Of a DNA stretch of 64,000 nucleotides, positions 9,501 through 18,208 are shown piece by piece. The DNA lies in the NCBI GenBank assembly GCA_030614785.1, contig JAUWTJ010000007.1, forward strand, positions 4,649 through 68,648, written 5' to 3'. Both the position numbers and the translations under genes were made by a program. Origin of the DNA: Alphaproteobacteria bacterium (lineage in GTDB: Bacteria; Pseudomonadota; Alphaproteobacteria; M2410). How positions within the stretch are numbered: position 1 is the first letter of the stretch; the number at the start of each line of letters is the position of its first letter. The notes below the pieces were generated by a model that saw nothing but the letters and a program-made list of their open reading frames with translations, was not told the DNA's origin and did not search any database.

Positions 9501-9990
9501 CAAGGTGCGCTGGCCGGAATCAGATCACGCGATCTATATCACCATCAACGACATCACCCAGGACGGGCGGCAGAGGCCGTTCGAGATTTTCATCAACTCC
9601 AAGAATATGGAGCATTACGCCTGGACCGTTGCGCTCACCCGCATGATTTCAGCGGTGTTCCGGCGCGGCGGCGATGTGACCTTCGTGGTTGATGAGCTGA
9701 AAGCCGTGTTTGATCCGCGCGGCGGTCAATGGATGCAGGGACGCTACGTGCCTTCATTGTTGGCCGCGATCGGCGAGGTCATCGAGGAACATATGAAGGT
9801 GATCGGGTTTCTCTCAGGCGATGTGCCCGAGCTTGTGGAGGCGGCGCGCAAGAAGGTTGCGGCGACAACAGGCTCCGAGGCAGAGATCGAACCTCTCGGC
9901 GCGACCTGCCCGAAGTGCTCGATGCCTTCCCTGACACGCATTGAGGGCTGTGAGACTTGCCTTTCCTGCGGCCATTCGAAGTGCTCATGA
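6520..9990 (+). CDS. nrdJ: Adenosylcobalamin-dependent (class II) ribonucleotide reductase, intein-containing
   Basis: FLPAGRI, TLFNCFV, GGGIGYDFS, EPGVIFID, ATNP[intein]CGEQPL, RRIGLGVTG, IAPTGTIS, DSSISKTIN and GCKGCTTYR motifs; C-terminal TSCPD-like domain and Cys-rich tail. Confidence 0.96.
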   Translation: MKQKKTSPKAVGKKNLSSQIWDMKYRLKDADGQPVDATIDDTWSRIAASLALAEPEETRADWQKTFNSALEDYKFLPAGRIMAGAGAGRSVTLFNCFVMGTIEDHMGGIFDSLKEAALTMQQGGGIGYDFSTLRPKGAPVKGVGADASGPLSFMDVWDAMCRTIMSAGSRRGAMMAVMRCDHPDIEAFIEAKRDPVRLRMFNLSVLATDAFMAAVKADGDWDLVFDGTTYRTLKARDLWHKIMRSTFDYAEPGVIFIDRINQENNLHYCETIAATNPCVSGDSWVLTDKGPRQIDEVIGTPVTLVVDGEPHPSDDRGFFQTGIKPLLRISTKEGFALKATDNHLIRRVKHKTRFSLETEWIAAGELCPGDEVLLNDHRGAAAWPTAHSGLSGQNTKSEGYLIGLLVGDGTLKEEAAILSVWPNSAASNGEASASASNGIMKMAEAAARELPHRSDFAGWMEVSGRGEYRLKLAAIRDLALELGMSVGNKTITPEIEKSSSEFYAGFLRGLFDADGSVQGSQTKGVSIRLAQSDLALLEAAQRMLARMGIVSRIYQNRRDEGTSSLPDGKGGNKLYTVKAQHELIISGENLEEYRGRVGFSDIDKATRLTNLLSGYKRSLNKERHIVRVETVEPCGEEPVFDVSVPGINAFDANGLYVHNCGEQPLPPYGSCLLGSINLARLVREPFSPDAQIDEEKLAELVTTAVRMMDNVVDVSRFPLEAQAHEARAKRRIGLGVTGLADALIMCRTRYGSEASVILIDKWLGTLERAAYLASAELAKEKGAFPLYDAKKYLEGAHIKRLGKDVRDAIAKHGVRNALITSIAPTGTISLFAGNVSSGIEPVFSYTYDRKVLLEDGSHMTETVSDYAHDLYVSGGGDPKDLPDYFVSTQTLTPEDHVRVQAAAQVHIDSSISKTINCPEDISFEAFETIYLKAWESGCKGCTTYRPNAITGSILSVVEDKPAQESKEESEEDAERVVYMTQPLGRPESLGGATYKVRWPESDHAIYITINDITQDGRQRPFEIFINSKNMEHYAWTVALTRMISAVFRRGGDVTFVVDELKAVFDPRGGQWMQGRYVPSLLAAIGEVIEEHMKVIGFLSGDVPELVEAARKKVAATTGSEAEIEPLGATCPKCSMPSLTRIEGCETCLSCGHSKCS
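7351..8496 (+). mobile_element. Intein (382 aa) with LAGLIDADG homing endonuclease
   Basis: Block A CVSGDSWVLT, block B ATDNHLI, LAGLIDADG motifs YLIGLLVGDG and FLRGLFDADG, block F VFDVSV, block G YVHN followed by Cys(+1). Removal restores TNPCGEQ. Confidence 0.96.
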
Positions 9991-9994
9991 CGCC

Positions 9995-11200
9995 ATGGAG
10001 CCCATGCTGCGCCTGTCCAACCGCGATGCCCGAGCGCTCTTTCTGGAGACGCACGGGCTGACGCGGTCGCGCGGAGGCAAGCTGGGGGAAGAGGGGCTTG
10101 CCGGGCTCATTCATGACCTCGGCTTTGTGCAGCTCGACACGATCAACACGGTCGCGCGGGCGCATGAGATGATCCTGTTTTCCCGGGCGCAGAATTTTGA
10201 TCGGGGGACCCTCGCCGCTCTGCACGAGAGCGGCGAGGTTTTTGAACACTGGACCCATGATGCGTCCATTATCCCGATGGAATTTTACCCCTATTGGCAG
10301 GACCGCTTCAAACGAGCCCGGAGTGCGCTTGACAGCCCTGGCTGGCAAAAGCGGCTCGGTGACAATCCGAAGAAAGTCCTGAAGATGGTCCGCAAGCGGA
10401 TTGAGCAGGACGGCCCGTGCATGTCGCGGAATTTTGCAGAGGGCCCGAAAGGCAATGGTGGCTGGTGGGGCTGGAGCCCGACCAAGACGGCGCTGGAATA
10501 TCTGTGGCGCACGGGCGAGCTTGCCGTCTTGAAGCGCGAGGGCTTTCAGAAAGTCTATGATCTCTCGGAGCGGGTCATCCCGCAAGACCTGCACGGCGAG
10601 CGCCCGTCAAAGTCCGCCATCCTTGATTTTAAATGTCGCAATGCGCTGACACGTCTCGGCTTTGGAACCGCGACAGAGATCGCCCATTTCTGGGCCAGCG
10701 TCAAAAAGGCCGACGTTGATCGGTGGGCCAAACCGCTGCTCGGCAAGGAACTCATTGAAGTCATGATCGAGGGCGCCAAGGGCGAGCCGGATAGAAAGGC
10801 GCTCGCGTTCGCGGATATTGAAGACCGTCTTGCTGACGCCGCAAACCCTTCAAAGTCGGTTCGCTTCCTCAGCCCGTTTGACCCGCTGATCCGGGATCGC
10901 AAGCGCCTGAAACATCTTTTTGGCTTTGACTACACTGTCGAGATTTTTGTTCCGGAAGCGAAACGATCTTACGGCTACTACGTTCTTCCTATCCTTGAGG
11001 GCGACAGGATCATCGGTCGGGCCGATCTCAAGGCGGAGCGCAAGGCGGGCGTTCTTGATATGAAGGGACTTTGGCTTGAGCGCGGCGTGCGGCTTACGGG
11101 CGCCCGCGAAGCCGCGATCCAGCGGGACCTCGTCCGCCTCGCCAGGTTCTGCGGTGTTGAAACGGTTGATGCAGACTGCCCGGTGGGAACTTGTCAATAA
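9995..11200 (+). CDS. ycaQ: YcaQ/AlkZ-family winged-helix DNA crosslink-repair glycosylase
   Basis: GFVQLDTINTVARAH, FEHWTHDAS, FLSPFDPLIRDRKR, FGFDYTVEIFVP and YGYYVLPIL motifs. Confidence 0.88.
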   Translation: MEPMLRLSNRDARALFLETHGLTRSRGGKLGEEGLAGLIHDLGFVQLDTINTVARAHEMILFSRAQNFDRGTLAALHESGEVFEHWTHDASIIPMEFYPYWQDRFKRARSALDSPGWQKRLGDNPKKVLKMVRKRIEQDGPCMSRNFAEGPKGNGGWWGWSPTKTALEYLWRTGELAVLKREGFQKVYDLSERVIPQDLHGERPSKSAILDFKCRNALTRLGFGTATEIAHFWASVKKADVDRWAKPLLGKELIEVMIEGAKGEPDRKALAFADIEDRLADAANPSKSVRFLSPFDPLIRDRKRLKHLFGFDYTVEIFVPEAKRSYGYYVLPILEGDRIIGRADLKAERKAGVLDMKGLWLERGVRLTGAREAAIQRDLVRLARFCGVETVDADCPVGTCQ

Positions 11201-11253
11201 CGCGTCAAATTCATACGCTAGAGCTTCGCCGACCCTGAATACCTAACTGAATA

Positions 11254-11508
11254 GTGAGGGAAGATTTCAATCGGTTTCAAGATACTGGACGCTACCTGAG
11301 GGAAGAACAAGAGTTGTCAACAGATCCGAGAGATAAGAGATTTTACCAATTACAGAAAAGAGATACTTCGCAACTTACTCCAGATGAGATTGCGGAATAT
11401 CTTGAATATTGTGAAAGCATGTTGAATTACGTGCCAGACAAAAAGGCGAGGCGGGGTTGGCGTGATTTAATCAAGGAACTGAGTAGTTTACAAAACAGTT
11501 CTTCCTAA
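11254..11508 (+). CDS. Hypothetical 84-aa protein in an AT-rich patch
   Basis: Open frame filling the ycaQ-DUF2125 gap; about 40% GC by hand count over 11281-11520. No family recognised. Confidence 0.55.
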   Translation: MREDFNRFQDTGRYLREEQELSTDPRDKRFYQLQKRDTSQLTPDEIAEYLEYCESMLNYVPDKKARRGWRDLIKELSSLQNSSS

Positions 11509-11584
11509 TCTTGATAACCTTACTTTCTCGACGTTTGAAGCTCAAAGTCCGCACCCCTTGCTGGCTCGAGAGGAAATCCCGCTC

Positions 11585-12673
11585 ATGCTAAAACTAAAAC
11601 ACCCAGCCCTTCCGAGTCTCGTTGCACTGGCAGGCTTTGCGTTCTGGTCTGTCTTCTGGGTCATTATGGCCGGCCGGATCGAGGGCGAGATTGAAACCTG
11701 GGTGGAGCGACAGGCCCGCCACGGCACCGATGTCACCTATACCTCGGTCGACATCTCCGGCTACCCCTTTCGGCTGGTCGCCACATTTGAAGCGCCGCGC
11801 ATTGTCGCAAGCGATGATCCGAGCGCCTTTTCCTGGGAGGGCGACGGGCTACGGATCATCAGCCAAGCCTATAATATTCGGCACATCATCATTGAACTTC
11901 TTGGCAGACAAGACGCCGCGTGGAGCGATGCGCCGGATGATGGCATGCGCAGCCCGAGCCGGATCAGTGTCAGTTTCACCGGAGACCAGCTCTGGGGCTC
12001 ACTCAAATTGGGCGGCGGGCGCATCGAAAGTATCGATACAGACTTTCGCATGATCAAGGCGGACCTTGTCGGGGACGGCGGCTTTGGCCTGCTTCCCGAT
12101 CTGCCGGAGCATCTTGAACTTGACATGCTGGAGTTTCACTCACGCCTCGGAAAGACTTTCAATGGCGGTCAGAAAGTAACAACCCGCGATGTCGTCCTCT
12201 TTGCCGAGCAAATCACGTCAGGGCAGCCATCAACTGGCAAAACGGATGAAAGCATCGAGGAAATTCTTGTCGCCTTCAGTGAGGAATTGACAGGTACCGC
12301 CCCGCTCCACTCCGGTGATATCGGCGCCAACCTGCCCGCAGTCCCGGCGCAGAGCGTGGAGATTCACGAAGCACACATGTTTCGTGACCCGGTTTCGATC
12401 CGCCTCAATGGCAAGCTGGAACGCCCGCACAAGAGTGATTTTGACGGCACCATAAAGCTTTATCTGAAAGGCCATGACGTGCTGGTGCGTGAGATGGCTG
12501 AGGCCGACGATCTGCCCGACGCTGCAGCCCTCATCGCTGGCGCGCTATTCGGAGTGCTATCCATGGTCAGTGACACCAATGAGGACGGTGAGCTCGTGCT
12601 ACCGCTTGATGTCAAGGACGGCGACGTCTACTTCGGGTTTCTGCCGCTGTTTGACAAGGAAGACTATCGATAA
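11585..12673 (+). CDS. DUF2125 domain protein
   Basis: N-terminal TM (WSVFW) and SGYPFRL motif; usual convergent position next to tyrA in Alphaproteobacteria. Confidence 0.78.
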   Translation: MLKLKHPALPSLVALAGFAFWSVFWVIMAGRIEGEIETWVERQARHGTDVTYTSVDISGYPFRLVATFEAPRIVASDDPSAFSWEGDGLRIISQAYNIRHIIIELLGRQDAAWSDAPDDGMRSPSRISVSFTGDQLWGSLKLGGGRIESIDTDFRMIKADLVGDGGFGLLPDLPEHLELDMLEFHSRLGKTFNGGQKVTTRDVVLFAEQITSGQPSTGKTDESIEEILVAFSEELTGTAPLHSGDIGANLPAVPAQSVEIHEAHMFRDPVSIRLNGKLERPHKSDFDGTIKLYLKGHDVLVREMAEADDLPDAAALIAGALFGVLSMVSDTNEDGELVLPLDVKDGDVYFGFLPLFDKEDYR

Positions 12674-12682
12674 AACGAAGGC

Positions 12683-12810
12683 GTCGTCCCGGATGCATTG
12701 CGGCATGAAATGACGCAATGCTGGTCCGGGATCCAAATGGCGCAGGCTTGATGAATTTAGGCACCGGACCAGCACCGCATCACTTTGTGCTGCAGTGCAT
12801 CCGGTGTGAC
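12683..12810. repeat. RIME/REP-like palindromic intergenic element
   Basis: Arms TCCCGGATGCATTGCG...GCAATGCTGGTCCGGGA and CACCGGACCAGCACCGC...TGCAGTGCATCCGGTG are self-complementary and mutually inverted; lies between convergent genes. Confidence 0.7.
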
Positions 12811-12819
12811 AAATTTTGA

Positions 12820-13767
12820 TCAGTCTTCGCCTTCTTCACCGTGAGGGCGGCCAAAGTCGGGGGCATCGATCTCCTGACCGGCATCAATGATGCCGCGGCG
12901 AATTTCACGGGTGCGAGTGAACAGATCGAAGAGTGCGTCGCCGTCGTCCCAGCGGATGGCGCGCTGCAAGGCCGTCAGGTCTTCGGAGAACCTGCCGAGC
13001 ATTTCCAGCACGGCTGTTTTATTGTTCAAAAACACGTCTCGCCACATGGTCGGGTCGGAGGCGGCGATCCGCGTAAAATCTCTGAACCCGCCGGCGGAAT
13101 ATTTGACAACCTCGGAGCGGGTTACCGTTTCAAGGTCCGCTGCCGTGCCAACAATATTGTAGGCAATCAGGTGAGGCACATGGGAGGTTATGGCCAGAAC
13201 GAGATCATGATGTTCAGGGTCCATCACCTCGACGTCACTGCCCAGCTGCGTCCAGAATTCCGTCAGCTTCGCCGTGGCGGCGTCATCCGTCGTGGCAGGG
13301 GGCGTCAGAATGCACCAGCGGCCATGAAAGAGCTCGGCAAAGCCTGAGCGCGGACCGGATTCTTCCGTTCCGGCAATCGGGTGGCCGGGCACGAGGTGCA
13401 CACCCTGAGGCAAGTGCGGCAGGATCATATCGACGACCGATTGTTTAACCGATCCGACATCTGTGAGGATTGCGCCGGGCTTCAGGCCCGCCTTGATCTG
13501 CCCCATAACCTCACCGGTGATCCCGACGGGAACACACAGGATGACGAGGTCGGCGTCCTTCACCGCTTCGGCGCCTGTCGCTGCCACGTCATCCACAAGG
13601 CCAATCTCAAGGGCGACCTTGCGCGTCTCTTCAGAGCGCGCATAGCCGGTCACCTTGCCAGCAAGCCCCTCTGCCCGCATGCCGCGGCAGATCGACGAGC
13701 CGATCAGTCCGAGACCGACAAGGGCGACCTTTTCGAAGAGGGGACTGTCGGGCGATGTTTTGGTCAC
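12820..13767 (-). CDS. tyrA: Prephenate/arogenate (cyclohexadienyl) dehydrogenase
   Basis: GLGLIGSS, TDVGSVK, GHPIAGTE, TSHVPHL and GGFRDFTRIAASDPTMWRD motifs. Confidence 0.94.
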   Translation of the reverse strand: MTKTSPDSPLFEKVALVGLGLIGSSICRGMRAEGLAGKVTGYARSEETRKVALEIGLVDDVAATGAEAVKDADLVILCVPVGITGEVMGQIKAGLKPGAILTDVGSVKQSVVDMILPHLPQGVHLVPGHPIAGTEESGPRSGFAELFHGRWCILTPPATTDDAATAKLTEFWTQLGSDVEVMDPEHHDLVLAITSHVPHLIAYNIVGTAADLETVTRSEVVKYSAGGFRDFTRIAASDPTMWRDVFLNNKTAVLEMLGRFSEDLTALQRAIRWDDGDALFDLFTRTREIRRGIIDAGQEIDAPDFGRPHGEEGED

Positions 13768-13796
13768 AGGTTTAACTCTTTACTGGTTACGGGAGG

Positions 13797-14918
13797 CTAA
13801 TTCCCGAGGAATTCCGCCATGAAGCCTGAGAGGGCTTCTACCACTTTGCGGTTTTCCTCTTCAAGTCCGATGGTCAAACGTAGTGAATGCTGCAGCCCGG
13901 GGGCCGGTGCGGCGCGCAAAATAATACCGCGTGACAGCAGGTGCTGATTGGCTTTTGCCGCCATTTCAGCATCGGCAAAATGCATCAGTATAAAATTGCC
14001 GACACTGGGCGTGATATCGATCCGGAGACCGCCAAGCTGTTGTTCCAGCCAGCGCATCCATTGATCATTGTGTGCCACGGCCTTTGCTACATGGGCCTGG
14101 TCCCGGATCGCCTCGATCCCCGCGGCCTGTGCGGCGGCGGTCGTATTAAACGGCCCGCGGATCCTGTTCAGAACATCAGCAATCGCTTGCGGGCAATAAG
14201 CCCAGCCGAGACGCAGCGCTGCAAGCCCGTAAATTTTCGAAAAAGTACGGGTCATCACGATGTTAGTGCCCTCATGAACCAGCTCCATGGCCGAGGCATA
14301 ATCATCGCGGTGAACGTATTCAGCATAGGCCTCATCAAGTACAAGCAGAACATTGCCAGGAAGCCCTTCATGGAGCCGTCTGATTTCACTTGCCGCGAGA
14401 TACGTGCCGGTCGGATTGTTAGGGTTTGCGAGATAAACCACGCGCGTTTTGTCTGTCACGCTGGCAAGGATCTTGTCGACGTCAGCGCGATGATCAATCT
14501 CGGGCACTTCAATACCGTTCGCACCATTGGATTTTGTTACCAGACGATAGACGACGAAGGAATGTTCCGTATAGATAACATCGTCACCTTCTCCAACGTA
14601 GGCATGGGCGATGAGCTGTAACAGTTCATCTGAGCCCGCACCGACAACAATGCGATCAGGATCAAGGTCATGTTCTTTGGCAATGGCGGCGCGCAAGGCG
14701 GTAGCCGCGCTGTCCGGATAACGCTCGAGGCTTGCACCCGCCGCGTGATAAGCCGTAATGGCCTTCGGGCTTGGGCCCAGCGGGGTTTCATTAGAGGAAA
14801 GCTTGGCGGGGTTCTCAACACCTTCAACGGTTGAAGCGCCGGCCTTGTAGATATTGATATCAAGAATGCCGGGTCCTGGCTGTGGCAGGCCGGGCTGCGG
14901 CCCTTTACGCTCTGTCAT
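13797..14918 (-). CDS. hisC: Histidinol-phosphate aminotransferase
   Basis: KLSSNE, GAGSDE, NPNNPTG, DEAYAEY and RTFSKIYGLAALRLGW motifs. Confidence 0.95.
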   Translation of the reverse strand: MTERKGPQPGLPQPGPGILDINIYKAGASTVEGVENPAKLSSNETPLGPSPKAITAYHAAGASLERYPDSAATALRAAIAKEHDLDPDRIVVGAGSDELLQLIAHAYVGEGDDVIYTEHSFVVYRLVTKSNGANGIEVPEIDHRADVDKILASVTDKTRVVYLANPNNPTGTYLAASEIRRLHEGLPGNVLLVLDEAYAEYVHRDDYASAMELVHEGTNIVMTRTFSKIYGLAALRLGWAYCPQAIADVLNRIRGPFNTTAAAQAAGIEAIRDQAHVAKAVAHNDQWMRWLEQQLGGLRIDITPSVGNFILMHFADAEMAAKANQHLLSRGIILRAAPAPGLQHSLRLTIGLEEENRKVVEALSGFMAEFLGN

Positions 14919-14936
14919 GATTTACGCTCTTCCTCA

Positions 14937-15845
14937 TCAGCTCAAATTGATCGGGTTGGCGAAACCGCCGACATGGCGGAGGAACTGGCCGCCCAAATCC
15001 TGGCAAAGCGCTGCCAGTCTGTTGTCGTCAGGATCGACAAACCGTGTCGCCTCGACCAAAACCAGCCCGCCACTGGTATCGCGAATGCTCGCCTCAATGC
15101 CCGCTGCCTTAAAGCTTGCGATAATCGTCTCGGTATCCGCTGCCGATCCGCCGAGTATGAGGAACGACGTATCGTCGCCGCTATCCATCTGGTCAAAACA
15201 GGCGATGGTCCAGGCCACCGGATAAGTCGGCGCGGAAGGCTCACCCTCAACGCAAGGGAGCCGCGCAATAATCCGCGGGGGGCCGTGTTCGGCAGCAAGC
15301 TCGTCGAAATCCAGCAACAGCGGCCACCACGGCTGCGCCTCTCCTTCTCTCGGCTCTGGAAGGACGCCGATGACGCCGGGGGTCTTCATGACGTCGTCAA
15401 GCACATCGAACGGCGTGTCACGCTCATTGAGTGTGGTTGCTGCGCCATAGGACGCGCGGGCGAGGTCGCGGGAGCCGTATGGCAAGATGGTCTCGTCGCC
15501 GTGATAAAGCGCGATGGCCAGCGGGCCCTGCAGACGAGTCTTGGCGTTGATGAGCTCGCGCCACAGCTGGGTGATGACATGAAAGGGAAGATCGCCGGAA
15601 TGGCGCCCCCTGAGCCGGCGGAAGATCGAGGCTTCGCGCTCCGGGCGCATGGCAAGGCTCGGCACCGGATGGCCATCATTATCGAGCTTGCCGCCATCGC
15701 GCTTGATCCACTCGTTCTTGATTTGCGCGACGCCGTGGACAACCTTTGTCCGCTGCATCAGAAGATCATGGATCTGGTCGTCGATCGCGTCAATTTCCGC
15801 CCGGAACTTGTTAAGCGCCGCTTTTTCGGACTCACTGGCCGACAT
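14937..15845 (-). CDS. Chorismate mutase (AroQ) with C-terminal extension
   Basis: FRAEIDAIDDQIHDLLMQR..K..MRPEREA; upstream of hisC-tyrA. Confidence 0.85.
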   Translation of the reverse strand: MSASESEKAALNKFRAEIDAIDDQIHDLLMQRTKVVHGVAQIKNEWIKRDGGKLDNDGHPVPSLAMRPEREASIFRRLRGRHSGDLPFHVITQLWRELINAKTRLQGPLAIALYHGDETILPYGSRDLARASYGAATTLNERDTPFDVLDDVMKTPGVIGVLPEPREGEAQPWWPLLLDFDELAAEHGPPRIIARLPCVEGEPSAPTYPVAWTIACFDQMDSGDDTSFLILGGSAADTETIIASFKAAGIEASIRDTSGGLVLVEATRFVDPDDNRLAALCQDLGGQFLRHVGGFANPINLS

Positions 15846-16003
15846 CGGTTGTTTCCTCTATTCGTTCAGGCCTGGTTTTGATCAAGCCCTACACTTATTG
15901 GGCCCGAGGGGATAAATCAAAGAAAACGTTGACAGATTGCGGGCGGCGGCCTTAGCAAGGTCTCTAATCCGGCCTTTCAGGCCCGCGCTATTCAGGACGC
16001 CTC

Positions 16004-17155
16004 GTGACCCAGGAAACCGACCCACAAGAGCAGCCGACAACATCAGGACTTCAGCTCACGCTGGAGGCTCCGTTGCCGCTCGACGGCGGTGGCACGCTGG
16101 ATAATGTGGCAGTGGCCTACCAGACCTATGGGAGCCTCAACGCTGATAAATCCAATGTTGTGCTGATCTGCCACGCTCTCACCGGAGATCAGCATGTGGC
16201 CAATGACCACCCGATCACTGGCCGCCCCGGCTGGTGGGAGACCCTCGTTGGACCGGGCAAGTCGATTGATACGGACCGTTATTTCGTGATTTGCCAAAAC
16301 GTGCTGGGCGGGTGCCTCGGGACAACAGGGCCGCTATCAATCAATCCGGCGACGGGCAAATCCTGGGGCATCACCTTTCCGGTTGTGACCGTCGGCGATA
16401 TGGTCCGCACCCAGGCACTCGCGCTTGATCAGCTGGGCATCGAAACACTGCTTGCGGTCATTGGTGGCTCCATGGGGGGCATGCAGGTTCTGGAATGGGC
16501 AGCGCGTTATCCCACGCGCATTTGTGCCGCCATTCCGGTAGCAACCTCGGCGCGGCACTCGGCGCAAAATATAGCGTTCCACGAAATTGGCCGCCAGGCC
16601 ATTATGGCTGACCCTGACTGGCGTCAGGGCGCCTATGAGGATGCCGGTGTGAAACCGACCAAGGGGCTGTCCGTAGCGCGTATGACGGCGCATGTCACCT
16701 ATCTGTCAGAACAGGCGCTGCACAGAAAGTTTGGTCGCAATCTTCAGGACCGGACCAGGCCGACTTTCGGATTTGATGCGGATTTCCAGGTCGAAAGCTA
16801 TTTGCGTCACCAGGGCATAACGTTTGTCGACCGGTTCGACGCCAATTCCTATCTCTACATTACCAGGGCAATGGATTATTTTGATCTTGCTGCAGATCAT
16901 GAGGGCCGTCTCGCCAGGGCGTTCAAGAACTCCCCGGTTCGATTCTGCCTCGTCAGCTTCACATCTGACTGGCTGTTTCCAACACCGGAGTCCAGAGCCA
17001 TCGTCCGCGCCTTGAATTCTGTGGCCGCGAAAGTCAGTTTCGTCGAAATAACCTCCGACAAGGGACACGACGCCTTTCTGCTCGACGAACCCGAGTTTTT
17101 CCAGACAGTCAAAGGCTTCCTTGATGCCGCCGCTGAAGCCAGAGGGGTGAACTGA
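16004..17155 (+). CDS. metX: Homoserine O-acetyltransferase
   Basis: [28 protein letters not shown] and GHDAFL motifs. Confidence 0.95.
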   Translation: MTQETDPQEQPTTSGLQLTLEAPLPLDGGGTLDNVAVAYQTYGSLNADKSNVVLICHALTGDQHVANDHPITGRPGWWETLVGPGKSIDTDRYFVICQNVLGGCLGTTGPLSINPATGKSWGITFPVVTVGDMVRTQALALDQLGIETLLAVIGGSMGGMQVLEWAARYPTRICAAIPVATSARHSAQNIAFHEIGRQAIMADPDWRQGAYEDAGVKPTKGLSVARMTAHVTYLSEQALHRKFGRNLQDRTRPTFGFDADFQVESYLRHQGITFVDRFDANSYLYITRAMDYFDLAADHEGRLARAFKNSPVRFCLVSFTSDWLFPTPESRAIVRALNSVAAKVSFVEITSDKGHDAFLLDEPEFFQTVKGFLDAAAEARGVN

Positions 17156-17159
17156 AGCG

Positions 17160-17822
17160 ATGACCCAGACACCGGCAATCAGCACTGCGGCAACCGGCAC
17201 TGCGACACCCCTGCGCCCGGACCTGGCACTCATTGCCAGTCTCATTGAGCCGGGCACGCGCCTGCTTGATGTGGGGTGCGGCGACGGGCAATTGCTCGAA
17301 TTTCTCGCCCGGACCAAGTCTGTCGACGGGCGCGGTCTTGAGCTCAGCCAAAGCGGCGTCAATGCGTCGGTCAAGCGTGGGCTCGCCGTCATTCAGGGCG
17401 ACGCCGATACGGATCTCGTCGACTACCCCGGCAATGCCTTTGACTATGTGGTTCTGAGCCAGACCATTCAGGCGACACGGCACCCGAAGCAGGTTCTTGA
17501 AGAAATGATGCGTATCGGTGGACGGGTCATCGTCTCCCTGCCAAACTTTGGTCACTGGCGCATTCGCACGTCCCTTGCTCTCAAAGGACGGATGCCTGTC
17601 ACCAAGTCACTCGATCAGGCCTGGTCCGAAACGCCCAATATTCATCTGTGTACGATCAGGGATTTCGTTGCCCTGTGCGATGAGGTGCGGGCGATTGTGG
17701 AGGCAGCTTATTCGCTATCGCCTTCGGGTCACGCCAAGGCCATCCGACATACAGCGTACCGGGCCAATTTTTTTGGTGAACAGGCCATATTTTTGCTGTC
17801 TCGTAAACCTCTGGGCGACTAG
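17160..17822 (+). CDS. metW: Methionine biosynthesis protein MetW
   Basis: LDVGCGDG, FDYVVLSQTIQ, PNFGHW and TPNIHLCTIRDF motifs; follows metX. Confidence 0.94.
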   Translation: MTQTPAISTAATGTATPLRPDLALIASLIEPGTRLLDVGCGDGQLLEFLARTKSVDGRGLELSQSGVNASVKRGLAVIQGDADTDLVDYPGNAFDYVVLSQTIQATRHPKQVLEEMMRIGGRVIVSLPNFGHWRIRTSLALKGRMPVTKSLDQAWSETPNIHLCTIRDFVALCDEVRAIVEAAYSLSPSGHAKAIRHTAYRANFFGEQAIFLLSRKPLGD

Positions 17823-18010
17823 GGTCAGGACTCATTAATTTGACCCATTCTGCGTTGCGTATTTTGAGCTGGAGAAGGAGTGGAACCGCAGGAACCCCTT
17901 CGGGTTTCAAGGTTTCAGGACGCCCGCCCAGCTCAAAAGGCGCTGCGCCCGAAGGGTTTGCCATAGAAGGGCAAACAGAATTGCGCCAAATTAATGGGTC
18001 CTGACCCTAG
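17819..18010. mobile_element. 192-bp miniature inverted-repeat element (MITE)
   Basis: Terminal inverted repeats CTAGGGTCAGGACTCATTAATTTG / CAAATTAATGGGTCCTGACCCTAG (23/24 match), CTAG at both ends, internal hairpins, no transposase. Confidence 0.85.
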
Positions 18011-18123
18011 CCCTGGAAAACCGGCCGGCAAGAGCCCTTCGCGCCGCATTGCCAAAGAGCGACATTAACCAAATGGCAAAGGCCGGAACCATTTGAGGAT
18101 GAGCCTGGACTCGGATGCACGCC

Positions 18124-18152
18124 TTGACAGATCTTGCATCCGGGCCTAGCTT
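18124..18152 (+). promoter_or_regulatory. Sigma-70-type promoter of the protease gene
   Basis: TTGACA-17bp-TAGCTT upstream of ATG 18209. Confidence 0.55.
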
Positions 18153-18208
18153 CGCAAGCAGTCAAAGCGCGGTGGGGATCGCGCTGTTCGGGTAAAACGG
18201 GGGCCTAT

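Noticed and set aside
14973-15881. 302-aa plus-strand ORF (also 38722-39903, 41201-42142, 42438-43520)
   Set aside because: Antisense shadows of well-supported genes, common in high-GC DNA, with no motifs.
15846-16003. SAM riboswitch before metX
   Set aside because: The leader after the TTGACA promoter is short and I found no SAM-II or SAM-SAH consensus.
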